Shown: positions 9,238-19,875, counted from the first letter of the stretch. The stretch: DNA of 64,000 nucleotides from Candidatus Buchananbacteria bacterium (GCA_041665005.1 JBAYJR010000004.1:20669-84668); one strand, 5' to 3'. A program made the numbers and translations. Notes: a model not told the origin generated them from the sequence alone.

Positions 9238-10971
9238 ATGCTTAACCAACATCATTTATCCAAAATAATTGTCCAAGCCAAAATCGTGACTGAGGACAAA
9301 TTAAAAGAGCTGGAAACTGAAGCCCAAAAAAGGCAACAAAGCCTGGAAGATTATATAATTTCCCAAAAAATGATTAGCGAGGAAGCCCTTTACGAAACCG
9401 CAGCCAAGTATTACCAAGTTCCTTTCATTAATTTAAAAAATCAAGTAATCCGTAAAGATATTCTTTTTTTAGTGCCGGATATAGTCGCACAAAATCAACA
9501 AATCGTTGCCTTTGAGGCGGATAATAAAAACATCAGCCTGGCCACTTTAGATCCAGTTAACCTAGAAATTTTTGAGTTTATCAAGAAAAAAGCCAATTTG
9601 GAACCGAAAATATACCTAACCACCCCGGAAAGTATCAAAGAAGTAATCAAGCAGTATCACAAAGGTTTACAGGCAGAATTTAAAGATTTAGCTAAAGAAG
9701 AGGAAGTAGCTACCCTTAGTGAAAAAGGGGCTAAAGATTTAAAACAACTCGCCGAAGATTTACCGGTAGTACGCATTGTTGATACTTTATTAGAATACGC
9801 TATTTTAGAAGGTGCTTCGGATATCCACATTGAACCCGCCGAAAAAGAAATTAATGTCCGCTACCGAGTTGACGGTATTTTACGCAACGTTATGACTTTG
9901 CCTAAAACCGTCCAGTCGGGAGTAATCGCTAGAATTAAAATTTTGTCTAACCTAAAAATTGATGAACATCGCCTGCCTCAAGACGGCCGTTTTAAAGTCC
10001 AAACCAATGAATATAAAATTTCCTTCCGGGTTTCCATTATTCCCACCTTTGAAGGCGAAAAAGTGGTCTTGCGTTTACTAAATGAGCAAGCCAGAATTTT
10101 AACCTTAGAACAACTGGGCTTGCAAACAAAATCTTTAGAGGTAGTTAAAAGAAATATTACTAAGCCCCATGGCATTATTTTAGTCACCGGACCCACCGGC
10201 TCCGGCAAAACCACTACCTTATATACCGTTTTAAATTTACTAAACACTCCTCAGGTTAATATCTCTACTGTAGAAGACCCTATTGAATACCGTATGAACG
10301 GCGTTAACCAAAGCCAGGTTAACCCCCGCATTGGCTACACCTTTGCTTTAGGCTTACGCGCCTTGATGCGTCAAGACCCTAATATCATTATGGTTGGAGA
10401 AATTCGTGATACCGAAACCGCTGATATCGCCATTAACGCCGCCATGACCGGACATTTAGTCCTAAGTACTTTTCACACCAACGACGCCGCCACCGCCCTG
10501 CCCCGCTTACTAGACATGGGCATACCTTCTTTTTTAATCGCCTCCACTATTAATATTATTGTAGCGCAACGTTTGGTACGCAAAGTTTGTCAAAATTGTT
10601 TAGAAAGTTATAACTTAGATAAAAAATCCGCCACCGAAATTACTCAAGAATTCGATATCCCCTCCTTAATAAAAATGTTAGAAAAAGAAAAACTGGCTAG
10701 TAGTAAACAAACCTTAGAAACCATGCTTTTTTATCGTGGCAAGGGCTGTAAACAATGTAACAACGAAGGTTTTAAGGGGCGCCTGGGTATTTACGAAGTC
10801 CTAGAAATTACTCCCGAAATTTCTGATTTAATTTTAAAACGAGGCAGTTCAGACGAAATTAGAAATAAAGCCATTGAGCAGGGCATGCTTACTTTATTAC
10901 ATGATGGTTTTATTAAAGCCAAAACTGGCTTAACCACCATTGAAGAAGTTTTACGTGTTAGTAAAGAATAA
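9238..10971 (+). CDS. pilB: Type IV pilus assembly ATPase (GspE/PilB)
   Basis: ASDIHIEP, RLPQDGR, GPTGSGKTTT, RQDPNIIMVGEIRD, Zn-binding CxxC pairs. Confidence 0.93.
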   Translation: MLNQHHLSKIIVQAKIVTEDKLKELETEAQKRQQSLEDYIISQKMISEEALYETAAKYYQVPFINLKNQVIRKDILFLVPDIVAQNQQIVAFEADNKNISLATLDPVNLEIFEFIKKKANLEPKIYLTTPESIKEVIKQYHKGLQAEFKDLAKEEEVATLSEKGAKDLKQLAEDLPVVRIVDTLLEYAILEGASDIHIEPAEKEINVRYRVDGILRNVMTLPKTVQSGVIARIKILSNLKIDEHRLPQDGRFKVQTNEYKISFRVSIIPTFEGEKVVLRLLNEQARILTLEQLGLQTKSLEVVKRNITKPHGIILVTGPTGSGKTTTLYTVLNLLNTPQVNISTVEDPIEYRMNGVNQSQVNPRIGYTFALGLRALMRQDPNIIMVGEIRDTETADIAINAAMTGHLVLSTFHTNDAATALPRLLDMGIPSFLIASTINIIVAQRLVRKVCQNCLESYNLDKKSATEITQEFDIPSLIKMLEKEKLASSKQTLETMLFYRGKGCKQCNNEGFKGRLGIYEVLEITPEISDLILKRGSSDEIRNKAIEQGMLTLLHDGFIKAKTGLTTIEEVLRVSKE

Positions 10972-10986
10972 ACTAATTTACCTTTT

Positions 10987-12054
10987 ATGAACTTAGAAAA
11001 AGCTTGGCAAAATTGGCAAAAAATTCCAGCGATGCAAAAAATTTTTATGGTCCAAAATTTGGCCGTCATGATTAAGGTCGGCATTTCTTTGTCAGAAGCT
11101 CTAAAAACTTTAGCCCTGCAAAGTACTTCTAAAAAATTAGCTAATATTTTGGTTGATCTACAACAAAAAGTAGAAAAAGGCAACGAACTAGGCAAATCTT
11201 TAGAAATCTATCAAAAAGATTTTGGCGAACTTTTTGTTAATATGGTTAAAGCTGGCGAAGCTTCCGGTAAACTGGAAGATGTTTTAAACCAACTTTATAT
11301 TCAAATGAAAAAAGATCATGAAATTTCTAGCAAAATAAAAGGAGCGATGATCTATCCCATTATTGTTGTCACCACCATGTTGGTAGTTGGTGTTTTAATG
11401 ATGATTTATGTTATTCCTAGCTTAACTGTAGTCTTTAAAGAGGTGGATGTAGAACTGCCTTTGGCTACTCGCATTTTAATTAACACCTCTGATTTTATGG
11501 CCGCCAATACTTTGTGGCTAGGCTTAGCCGGTTTGGTTTTAGTAGTTGCAATCATTAAATTCTTTAGTACCGAAACTGGTAAATTTTGGCTATCAAAATT
11601 TACCGTCTATGCGCCAATTATTTCCCCCGTGGCCAAAAAAATAAACTTAGCAAGATTTTCTCGTACTTTAAGCTCTTTATTAAAAACCGACATAGCCATT
11701 ATTCAAACTTTGCAAATTACTAGCCAAGTTATCACTAATCGTTTATACCGCCAAGCTTTATTAGAGGCAGCCGAAAAAGTAAAAAAAGGGGTCCGATTAG
11801 CAGAAATTTTTAATGACTACCCCCGACTATTCCCCCCCTTGATTATTCAAATGATTACGGTGGGCGAAGAAACCGGGGCAATTGATGATATTTTAGATAA
11901 AATTGCTAATTATTACGAAGAAGATGTTACTCAAACCATGAACACCCTACCTTCAATTATTGAGCCAGTTTTAATGGTAGTTTTGGGCGTCGCAGTCGCC
12001 GGCATGGCCGTAGCGGTAATTATGCCAATGTATACTCTAACCGAAACAATGTAA
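10987..12054 (+). CDS. pilC: Type IV pilus platform protein (GspF/PilC)
   Basis: GEASGKL, AMIYP, GEETG, IEP motifs; three TM segments. Confidence 0.92.
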   Translation: MNLEKAWQNWQKIPAMQKIFMVQNLAVMIKVGISLSEALKTLALQSTSKKLANILVDLQQKVEKGNELGKSLEIYQKDFGELFVNMVKAGEASGKLEDVLNQLYIQMKKDHEISSKIKGAMIYPIIVVTTMLVVGVLMMIYVIPSLTVVFKEVDVELPLATRILINTSDFMAANTLWLGLAGLVLVVAIIKFFSTETGKFWLSKFTVYAPIISPVAKKINLARFSRTLSSLLKTDIAIIQTLQITSQVITNRLYRQALLEAAEKVKKGVRLAEIFNDYPRLFPPLIIQMITVGEETGAIDDILDKIANYYEEDVTQTMNTLPSIIEPVLMVVLGVAVAGMAVAVIMPMYTLTETM

Positions 12055-12512
12055 TGCTAAATCAAAGCTTTCGTCACGGTTTTTCGCTAATTGAAATGGT
12101 GGTTTTAATTTCCATTATCGGCGTAGTGACCATGATAACTATGCCCCTAATTCAAAACTACCAACCAACCTTAAGGCTAAACACTGCTTCCCGAAATTTA
12201 GCCACTGATTTGCGTTACGCCCAGCAACGCACAGTTACCGAGCAAACCAACTACCAAATTGCTTTTGATTTACCTAATCGCACTTATCAGGTTATCAAGA
12301 AAGCCACTGGCCAAATAATAAAAACCGTTACTATTAGCAACGACTTAAATTGGTCCATTAATCAACCGGGCTTTACTAATGATCGCGTGGAATTTGTAAT
12401 AACCGGAGCCGCCTTACAAGCCGGCCAATTAGTAATTACTAATCGTCAAAATCGTTTTTTAACTATTGAAATAAAACCTTCTGGTTATGTTAAAATTTCC
12501 CAAACCAACTAG
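12054..12512 (+). CDS. Minor pilin (GspH/FimT-like)
   Basis: Class III signal GFSLIEMVV. Confidence 0.85.
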   Translation: MLNQSFRHGFSLIEMVVLISIIGVVTMITMPLIQNYQPTLRLNTASRNLATDLRYAQQRTVTEQTNYQIAFDLPNRTYQVIKKATGQIIKTVTISNDLNWSINQPGFTNDRVEFVITGAALQAGQLVITNRQNRFLTIEIKPSGYVKISQTN

Positions 12513-12921
12513 ACCCGGCTTTACTTTAATCGAAGTGGCAATTTCTATTTTTTTAGTTTCTGCCATTGCCACTACTATTTTAAGTATGTTCCCGTTTATT
12601 CTAAGAATTGGCAAAAATTCCGAAATGAATTCTTTAGCCACTGCTCTAGCTCAGGGAAAAATTGAAGAGCTATCAACCGGTGACTACGACAGCTTAACAA
12701 CCGGCACTTTGGAAAATCATGTTCGTGTATCCACCAATCCTGAAAGTTTTTTTTACAACTACTGGCGCACTACTACCATTAATTACCTTGACACCAACTT
12801 AATAACTTCGGCTAGCGACCAAGGTTTAAAAAAAGTGGCCGTTACTATTTATTGGAAAATTGCAATTTCTTTACCGATCGAAAAAAGTCTAACTATTCAA
12901 TCAATAATTGCCAAAAAATGA
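12487..12921 (+). CDS. Minor pilin (PilV-like)
   Basis: Class III signal GFTLIEVAI. Confidence 0.85.
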   Translation: MLKFPKPTRPGFTLIEVAISIFLVSAIATTILSMFPFILRIGKNSEMNSLATALAQGKIEELSTGDYDSLTTGTLENHVRVSTNPESFFYNYWRTTTINYLDTNLITSASDQGLKKVAVTIYWKIAISLPIEKSLTIQSIIAKK

Positions 12922-13487
12922 AGCTAGCTTACAAAAACCTAGGATTTACTTTAGCCGAAACCATCGTCGCGATTGGTCTTTTAGCCTTATTAGTTTTACT
13001 GGTACTTTCTGTTTTTATGTTAGCCCAGAAAGCTTATTGGCAAAATGATAACCGCGCGGAATTAATCCAAAATGGTCGCGTAATTTTAGATCGCTTAGAA
13101 AGAGAACTAAGACAAGCCAGCGATATTGTAACCGAAATCCCTCCAGACGATAGCAACTCGCTCTTAATACCCCATGAAATTATCTTCCAAGATGGTCATG
13201 ACTCTACCACTATTCATTATTTGCGTTATTACCTAAATGGCCAAAATTTAAAAAGACAAATAATTGCTTATTACTTCAGCGAAAGTCCTAACACCTATGT
13301 CAAACATGACTCCGTGGATATCTATAGCAACCCGCCCCAGAAACTAATCCTAGAAGACAACATTGTGGGTGAATACCTAGACAATATTAGTTTCTATGGT
13401 AATGACATTATTTATATTTTTTTACAACTGAGCAACAAAAATAAACAAATTAATTTACTAACTGGATTTTATGCGAGAAATTTATAA
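12918..13487 (+). CDS. Minor pilin (PilW-like)
   Basis: Start at ATG 12918 (ATGA overlap with upstream stop): MKLAYKNLGFTLAETIV. Confidence 0.85.
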   Translation: MKLAYKNLGFTLAETIVAIGLLALLVLLVLSVFMLAQKAYWQNDNRAELIQNGRVILDRLERELRQASDIVTEIPPDDSNSLLIPHEIIFQDGHDSTTIHYLRYYLNGQNLKRQIIAYYFSESPNTYVKHDSVDIYSNPPQKLILEDNIVGEYLDNISFYGNDIIYIFLQLSNKNKQINLLTGFYARNL

Positions 13488-14715
13488 AAAAATAGACTCC
13501 AAGGGTTTTGCTTTAATTGCTTCCATGGTAGTAATGACGGCCTTAATTCTGTTAGGAGTTTACGCTTTAAATTTTACTATCGGCGAACATGGTATTTCAC
13601 AAAGCCAAAGCCAGGCCACTAAAACTTACTACTTTGCCGAGGCCGGAATTAATGAAATGATTCATAAAGTCAAAAGTGATTACAATACTACTCAAGCTTT
13701 TTTAAACGGCTCACTTAATTCTAGCTTTACCATCAACCGAAGTGATGTCTTGGCTGATCCCAAAGCTTCTTACTTAGTAACTATTATTAGCACTGGCCCC
13801 GCTACCGCACAAATTATCGCTACTTCCACCTACCAAATCGGCAACACTGTCGCCCGCCGCGTTATTAAAGCAGATATTAATAAGGCTACTAACAGCACCG
13901 AAACCTGGCCCAGTGGTTTGGTAGCTGGTGGACTCGATGGTTATATTAAATTTACCGGCAACAACGGCAACTATACTGAAACCGGCGGAAAAATTCATGC
14001 TAACGGCTTTATCCAAGTTACCGGCAACAACACTACCGTTAAAATTAACAACGGCTCACTTTCTGCCAAACAATCAATCACCGTTGCTGGCAATAATAGC
14101 AGTATTGCAACTCCCCCGCCCTCCTACCAATCAACTCCCACCTCTACTACTATAAACCTACCACAAATTGATTTTAACTCGGCCGCTACTACCTCCTGGT
14201 ACAACCGGGCCAACACTAAAATGACTTGTACCGAATTTCGTAATTTATTTGGCAATAACCAAACCATCAATTTAACCGGCGTTACTTATGTTTCCAACTG
14301 CACCGGCTTAACTATTAGCGGCAATAACAATACTTTGAACATTAAGGGTATTTTAGTAATCTATGGCGGTATTACTTTTGGTGGTAATAATTTAATTTTT
14401 AAAATTTCTCCTGAAACCGATCATCCGGAAAACGGCGCCGGAATTTTAGTTAGTGGTAACCTGACGATTAACGGCAATAATTTGAGCGCTAATGTTAACG
14501 GCTTAATATACACCGCTGGTAATTTAAACATTGGCGGCAATAATCCAATTTTAGCTTTCAAAGGTGGGATTGTTTGTAACTCAGCCGACTTTGGTCATAA
14601 CAATTCTACTTTAAATTTAATTTACGATGAATCAGTAATCTTACCGCCTTTAGCGCCCGCCCTAAATACTGATTCACCAATCATCAGAATTAACCATTGG
14701 GAAGAACAATATTAA
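13471..14715 (+). CDS. PilX-like minor pilin with GNN-repeat C-terminal domain
   Basis: KGFALIASMVV prepilin lacking E5, AEAG motif, repeated GNN motifs, terminal HWEEQY. Confidence 0.8.
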   Translation: MREIYKKIDSKGFALIASMVVMTALILLGVYALNFTIGEHGISQSQSQATKTYYFAEAGINEMIHKVKSDYNTTQAFLNGSLNSSFTINRSDVLADPKASYLVTIISTGPATAQIIATSTYQIGNTVARRVIKADINKATNSTETWPSGLVAGGLDGYIKFTGNNGNYTETGGKIHANGFIQVTGNNTTVKINNGSLSAKQSITVAGNNSSIATPPPSYQSTPTSTTINLPQIDFNSAATTSWYNRANTKMTCTEFRNLFGNNQTINLTGVTYVSNCTGLTISGNNNTLNIKGILVIYGGITFGGNNLIFKISPETDHPENGAGILVSGNLTINGNNLSANVNGLIYTAGNLNIGGNNPILAFKGGIVCNSADFGHNNSTLNLIYDESVILPPLAPALNTDSPIIRINHWEEQY

Positions 14716-14717
14716 CT

Positions 14718-15788
14718 ATGTCTTTTTTAAACCCTTCGCCTCAAGCTTTTGGTTTAGACATTAACGATTTTTCCTTAAAATTAGTTAAGTTGGTTAAGCT
14801 TGGCAAAAAAATTGAACTAAAGTCCTACAACCTAATAACAATTCCCCCGGGAGTAGTTAGTAATGGCGAAATTAAAGATCCACTAGTTTTTATTACTAGC
14901 CTACAAAAACTAATCAAAACCCGACACGGTGGTGGTTCCTTAGGCCGCGAAGTAATAACTGTTTTGCCAGAAACTAAAACTTTTCTTAAAAATATCATCA
15001 TTGATAAACCAGACAACAATGAAGACTTGGAACCAAAAATTATTAAAGAAATAGAAAAAAATCTGCCTTACAATTTATTAGAGGTTTATTTAGACTGGCA
15101 AATTTTTAACCAACCCAACGAAAACAAAACGAATATTTTAGTGGGCGCCGCCCCCCAAAAAGTAGTTAACGAATATTTAGCCGTCTTACAACAAGCCGGA
15201 CTAGCTCCTTTAGCCTTAGAAATTGAAGCCGTAGCTCTTGGTCGATCTTTAATAAACCCTAAACAAGATTTAACTGACACCGCCTCAATTATTATTGATC
15301 TGGGAGCCACCCGTAGTGGTTTAGTAATTTATAATCAAGGCATCCCCCAAACTACCATCAGTCTACCCATTGCTGGCAATCAAATTACCCAAAAAATTAT
15401 CGATACCCTACAACTCAATTGGGAACAAGCCGAAAAGGCTAAAATAATTTGCGGTTTAAACAAAGCTAAATGCAGCGGCGCTTTAAATGAAATTTTGGAT
15501 CAAACTTTTACTGATTTAGCCGAAAAAATAAACCAAGCCGTAGAATTTTATTATGACCACTTTACTAACCCTAATAAAATTAAAGAAATTTTAATTTGTG
15601 GTGGTGGTGCTAATTTTTCTGAAATTGATGAGGTATTAACCCAAAAAACCGGTATTACCACTAAAATTGGTAACCCTTGGATTAATTTAGCCAATAACCA
15701 AAAAACTCCCCTACCCAACGACCAGGCTCTAATTTTTACCTCGGCGATTGGCTTAGCCTTAAGAGGTTTAGATTCAGAAAATATATGA
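14718..15788 (+). CDS. pilM: Type IV pilus assembly protein PilM
   Basis: Actin-like FGLDI, IIDLGA, CGGGA, AIGLALR; start at ATG 14718. Confidence 0.9.
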   Translation: MSFLNPSPQAFGLDINDFSLKLVKLVKLGKKIELKSYNLITIPPGVVSNGEIKDPLVFITSLQKLIKTRHGGGSLGREVITVLPETKTFLKNIIIDKPDNNEDLEPKIIKEIEKNLPYNLLEVYLDWQIFNQPNENKTNILVGAAPQKVVNEYLAVLQQAGLAPLALEIEAVALGRSLINPKQDLTDTASIIIDLGATRSGLVIYNQGIPQTTISLPIAGNQITQKIIDTLQLNWEQAEKAKIICGLNKAKCSGALNEILDQTFTDLAEKINQAVEFYYDHFTNPNKIKEILICGGGANFSEIDEVLTQKTGITTKIGNPWINLANNQKTPLPNDQALIFTSAIGLALRGLDSENI

Positions 15789-16318
15789 TGATTACTTTAA
15801 ATATTATTTCTCCTCAACAAAAAGAAGATTTAAAACTAAAAAAGCTTTACCATGAAGCCCGAAATTTAATTACTATTATTTTATTGTTTACTATTATCGC
15901 CGCGATTATGGTTTTAGTCGCCCGTTACATTTTACAAAAAGAATTTTATGAGCTAGTCAAGCAAAACACCCTAGTTTCGCAGAGTAACCAAAAAATTAAC
16001 CGTCAAATCAGAACTCTAAACCAACAAGTAACAACTGTGGATAAAATACAAACTCAATACAAAGACTATCATGCTTTTTTGGGAAATTTTTTTCAACTCG
16101 TACCATCAGGAATACAGCTTTACTACTTTAAAATTAACTCCGAACAAATAACAGAGCTTAAGGGCCGAGCCACTACTCGTGACGCCTTGCTGACTTTTAA
16201 GCAAGCTTTGGAGAAAAATCCCGGCCTCAGCAACATCAACTTACCCGTCAGTAACCTTTTAGATCAAACTAATCTTAATTTTTCTTTAACTTGCAAAATA
16301 ACTACTTGGCTAAAATAA
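15785..16318 (+). CDS. pilN: PilN-like protein
   Basis: N-terminal TLNIISP (INLLP-like), one TM, coiled coil; follows pilM. Confidence 0.75.
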   Translation: MMITLNIISPQQKEDLKLKKLYHEARNLITIILLFTIIAAIMVLVARYILQKEFYELVKQNTLVSQSNQKINRQIRTLNQQVTTVDKIQTQYKDYHAFLGNFFQLVPSGIQLYYFKINSEQITELKGRATTRDALLTFKQALEKNPGLSNINLPVSNLLDQTNLNFSLTCKITTWLK

Positions 16319-16319
16319 T

Positions 16320-16883
16320 ATGACTTGGATGAAAAAAAAGGTTTTTTTAACTCTCGGCGGCTTAATTATCTTTTTGCTGATAATTTTTGAATTTTTTATT
16401 GTCCAGGCCGTTACTGATATAAAACAGATTAATCAAGAAGTTTATCGTCAGCGCCAAGAATTGGAAGAAAAATTTTTAGCCGGCCAAAACTTACGCAAGA
16501 CCACTGAGGATTTAAAAAAATTAGAGGAAAAAATACCCGAACTAAATTTTATTTTTGTTGAAGAAAATAAAGAATTAGAGTTTATTACCGCCTTAGAAAA
16601 AATTGCCAAAAATAATTCTTTAACCCAAAAAATAGAACTGGATAATAACGCCGAAATTATCTCGGCCAACATCAAAGCCTTGCCTTTACGTCTCTATTTA
16701 TCTGGTAGCTTTAATAAATTTACAAACTATCTAACCGACTTGCAAAAATTAAATTACTATATTAACTTTGACACCCTAACTGTCAACAACGCCCAAGGCA
16801 CCAACAAAAGCCAAGAACTATCCGGAGAAACCTTAGAGTTTTTTATTGGGGGAAAAATCTTTTGGCGCAAACTTAATATTTAA
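16320..16883 (+). CDS. pilO: PilO-like protein
   Basis: N-terminal TM, coiled coil, LSGSFxxFxxYLxxL motif; follows pilN. Confidence 0.7.
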   Translation: MTWMKKKVFLTLGGLIIFLLIIFEFFIVQAVTDIKQINQEVYRQRQELEEKFLAGQNLRKTTEDLKKLEEKIPELNFIFVEENKELEFITALEKIAKNNSLTQKIELDNNAEIISANIKALPLRLYLSGSFNKFTNYLTDLQKLNYYINFDTLTVNNAQGTNKSQELSGETLEFFIGGKIFWRKLNI

Positions 16884-16895
16884 TTGCAAATCCCT

Positions 16896-17231
16896 ATGAA
16901 CGAACAACTAAGAAAAATTAAACAACTAATTGCGCAAGCACCACTTTACAAAATAATTCGCTTTGGCTATTTATTTACTATTATTTTAATTATTACCTGC
17001 TTAGTCGGTTTATTTTATTTTTTGTACAATAATTTTTATGAGACTTTATCACAAACCAAAAAAATTGAACTACTCCGAAAACAGGTTCCCTTAGAAGCAG
17101 TAAATACTAAACTATTTCAAATCGTAGAACAGCGCTTACAACAAAAAACTAACAATACCACTACCACTGAAATCAGCAACCCCTTTACTAAACCAGCTGA
17201 AATCGCCACTTCTACCAAAAAAATTAAATAA
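16896..17231 (+). CDS. Pilus-associated membrane protein
   Basis: Single TM, C-terminal SNPF; last gene of the pil cluster. Confidence 0.65.
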   Translation: MNEQLRKIKQLIAQAPLYKIIRFGYLFTIILIITCLVGLFYFLYNNFYETLSQTKKIELLRKQVPLEAVNTKLFQIVEQRLQQKTNNTTTTEISNPFTKPAEIATSTKKIK

Positions 17232-17248
17232 CCTTTTCTTTAGCTAAT

Positions 17249-17280
17249 AAAAAAAGCGTGGCGTAAGCCACGATTTTTTT
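17249..17280. terminator. Bidirectional terminator
   Basis: A-run, cgtggc-gtaa-gccacg hairpin, T-run between convergent genes. Confidence 0.75.
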
Positions 17281-17291
17281 ATTCTACAAAA

Positions 17292-17516
17292 TTAAACTGC
17301 CACAACTTCTTTAACTTCCGGTAATTCTTCCTTGATCCGACTTTCCACTAAAGATTTTAAAGTAATCTGTGCCATTGGACAATGTGCGCAAGCACCAATT
17401 AATCTAACTTCCAGACGACCCTTGGCCTGATCAAAATTAACCAATTCAATGTCGCCACCATCCTGTTGAATCTGCGGACGAATTTTGGCCAACACTTTTG
17501 TTATTTTAGCTTGCAT
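17292..17516 (-). CDS. NifU C-terminal domain protein
   Basis: IRPQIQQDGGDIELV...LIGACAHCP. Confidence 0.9.
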   Translation of the reverse strand: MQAKITKVLAKIRPQIQQDGGDIELVNFDQAKGRLEVRLIGACAHCPMAQITLKSLVESRIKEELPEVKEVVAV

Positions 17517-17583
17517 AATATCAAAAATTATTTTTTAAGTTTTTTTTAAAAAAAGGGGGGTTATTTTTAGCCTTAACCCCACT

Positions 17584-17850
17584 TTACCAAAATCTAATCT
17601 TGCCAATCACCCAACTTATTGTTTCATTACAATTTTCAGCTAAATGATAAATCGGATGAAATCCGTACTTAATTAATTTCCTACCAAAATCATAAGAAAT
17701 TAACTTTTGGTACAATCGGGTCTTAGTTAAATTATTTCCTTGTTTAACTAAAAAAGCCGGAAAAAATCTAATTAGGACCATAAAGCCTAAAAGATAGATG
17801 AGTTTGGACAAAACAAACCCACCTACTGAAAAAATTAATAACTTAGTCAA
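17584..17850 (-). CDS. Hypothetical membrane protein
   Basis: TTG start with AAGGAGG SD; TTGATT-17-TAGACT promoter at 17877-17905. Confidence 0.6.
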   Translation of the reverse strand: MTKLLIFSVGGFVLSKLIYLLGFMVLIRFFPAFLVKQGNNLTKTRLYQKLISYDFGRKLIKYGFHPIYHLAENCNETISWVIGKIRFW

Positions 17851-17907
17851 GTTACGCCCTCCTTTGATTTTTTACTAGTCTACCTTAAAAACTTAAAAAA
17901 ATCAAGT

Positions 17908-18663
17908 CTATTTCAATAAACCAGAAACCACAATTATTACCGCTTGGCCATTGGAGACCTGGCCTTGATTCCAGTCATGAATTGCCTCAATTAATCTTTG
18001 ATACAAATACTGATAGCCCGAGCCATTTTTGGTACCCGGATCATTAGTAATAAAACTTTTATCATTATAACCACGAATTACTAACATATGATACAGTGGC
18101 CCGGGATTACGAAAATTAGGATTACCTAATTCCCGACCGGCTACTGGTATAATAATCGGATTACCCTTAAGCAACTCGCCTTTAATCAACTCCGGAGTGA
18201 CTGTCTTGACAGCTCTAGCATTAATTGAGAAATAATCCGCTAAAATTTTTACTACTTCTGAGGCCGTTAAATCAATGGCGTAACCTTGTTTTTGCTCCCA
18301 AGCTACTAGCTTTAAGATTTCTTCGTTCATTATCGCAGCCGAAAGCGTTTCCTGTTTAAAATACTTAGCCACCATAATCATTGAGGCCTCTTCGCAGGCC
18401 TCATTATAGAGTGGCCGCCAATCTCCCAACGGTGCCTGGGAGGCAAAAGGAACCGACAACAAATGGCTTACAGGTATCTTAGAATTATCACTATCTAAAA
18501 CCACCATCTCAGAATTTAGCTTTGGCGCGTTTTTGTTCGCTAACTCTTGATTAATAACCGGCGCAACGATGCCTATTTGAGTAGGTTTGGTTGCCAACTT
18601 AGCCTGGTTAGTACAGCCAAATAGAAACAAGGGAATAATTAAAATTTTTAAGATTTTAGTCAT
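17908..18663 (-). CDS. Lipoprotein with C39-like peptidase domain
   Basis: Lipobox LFGC; VPFASQAP, CEEAS, HMLVIRGY, NDPG. Confidence 0.85.
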   Translation of the reverse strand: MTKILKILIIPLFLFGCTNQAKLATKPTQIGIVAPVINQELANKNAPKLNSEMVVLDSDNSKIPVSHLLSVPFASQAPLGDWRPLYNEACEEASMIMVAKYFKQETLSAAIMNEEILKLVAWEQKQGYAIDLTASEVVKILADYFSINARAVKTVTPELIKGELLKGNPIIIPVAGRELGNPNFRNPGPLYHMLVIRGYNDKSFITNDPGTKNGSGYQYLYQRLIEAIHDWNQGQVSNGQAVIIVVSGLLK

Positions 18664-18783
18664 TTTAATAAAGTTAAGGCTAAATTCTTGACTTATTTTA
18701 GCAAATAGTTTATAATATGGGAAGTTAAAAAATAATCAAGTTAATTCCGCCAAAACGGAATTACTTCTTTTGTTAAAAATTAT

Positions 18784-19065
18784 ATGGCTCATAAAAAAGC
18801 AGGTGCTTCTACTTCACTTGGTCGCGATTCACAAAGTAAACGACTAGGCGTTAAATTATACGGCGCTGAATACGCTAAAGCTGGCAGTATTATTGTCCGT
18901 CAACGAGGCAGTAAAATTCGTCCCGGTAAAAATACATTACTTGGTAGCGACGATACTATTTTCTCTACCATAACCGGTAAGGTCAAATTTACCACCAAGA
19001 CTAAAATTAATTTTGACGGTTCTCGAAAAAAGCGACCGGTTGTTTCTGTTGAACCCTTAACTTAA
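18784..19065 (+). CDS. rpmA: 50S ribosomal protein L27
   Basis: [24 protein letters not shown]. Confidence 0.98.
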   Translation: MAHKKAGASTSLGRDSQSKRLGVKLYGAEYAKAGSIIVRQRGSKIRPGKNTLLGSDDTIFSTITGKVKFTTKTKINFDGSRKKRPVVSVEPLT

Positions 19066-19086
19066 TTTAAAAAATACTACTAGACC

Positions 19087-19111
19087 AAAAACCCGAGTTT
19101 GCTCGGGTTTT
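19087..19111. terminator. Bidirectional terminator between rpmA and rplI
   Basis: aaaaacccgag-tttg-ctcgggttttt. Confidence 0.85.
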
Positions 19112-19134
19112 TGTTTTAAAATATTTACTAAAAA

Positions 19135-19575
19135 TTATTCAGTCACGATAACTGTTACCTCGCTTTCTAAATTGTGCGGTAATTTAATTAGTACCCGATA
19201 GTCCCCCACTTCTTTAATTGGCTCCATAATAAATACTTGCTCTTTTTTTATAACACAACCTTGCTTCTTTAATAAACTAGCAATTTGTCCCGGTAAAATT
19301 TTGGCATACAAAGTACCGACTTCGTTAGTTTTACCCTTAATTACTACTTCGACGGTTTGTAATTTTTCGGCCAACTCTTGGGTTTGCTGTAAATCCGCTT
19401 CGGCCCGGAGACTTTTTTGTGCCTGTTGCTTTTTTAATTCTAATTCCAAGCCCGGCGTGGCTAAAGCAGCTAAATTTTTTGGCAACAAAAAATTACGCGC
19501 ATAACCATCAGAAACTTCTTTGGTGGCGCCTTTAACACCTAAGGCTGGCACATCTTTTAATAAAACTACCCGCAT
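19135..19575 (-). CDS. rplI: 50S ribosomal protein L9
   Basis: MRVVLLKDVxxLG...GYARNFLLPK. Confidence 0.97.
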   Translation of the reverse strand: MRVVLLKDVPALGVKGATKEVSDGYARNFLLPKNLAALATPGLELELKKQQAQKSLRAEADLQQTQELAEKLQTVEVVIKGKTNEVGTLYAKILPGQIASLLKKQGCVIKKEQVFIMEPIKEVGDYRVLIKLPHNLESEVTVIVTE

Positions 19576-19599
19576 ATTAAAAAATATAATTACAATAAA

Positions 19600-19851
19600 T
19601 TAACTAACCTTAAAAACTTCTACCCCTTCTTTTACTAATTGATCTATTTTTAATCCCGCACTTTCACCGGCCTGCACTTCCGTTACTGGTGCATGATCTA
19701 CTTGCATTGAACTTATAACTTGTGAAAAATCTATTCCGTGACCAACCAAATGAATAGTATCACCAACTTTAATAGAACCCGTGGTTACTTCCAGCACAGC
19801 AATGCCGATTTTACTAAAAAAGTGAGTAATTTTACCAATTTTTTCTTCCAT
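19600..19851 (-). CDS. Small beta-barrel protein (translation factor domain II-like)
   Basis: IGKITHFFSKIGIAV...IKVGDTI...SMQVDH pattern. Confidence 0.75.
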   Translation of the reverse strand: MEEKIGKITHFFSKIGIAVLEVTTGSIKVGDTIHLVGHGIDFSQVISSMQVDHAPVTEVQAGESAGLKIDQLVKEGVEVFKVS

Positions 19852-19875
19852 AATTCACCCCCTTTCTTAGGGTAA

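Noticed and set aside
13900-14620. AAC/AAT-rich segment as a DGR template repeat
   Set aside because: It lies inside the PilX-like coding frame and does not match the variable-region scaffold codons (GTG CCG...CGT...GTC...TTG).
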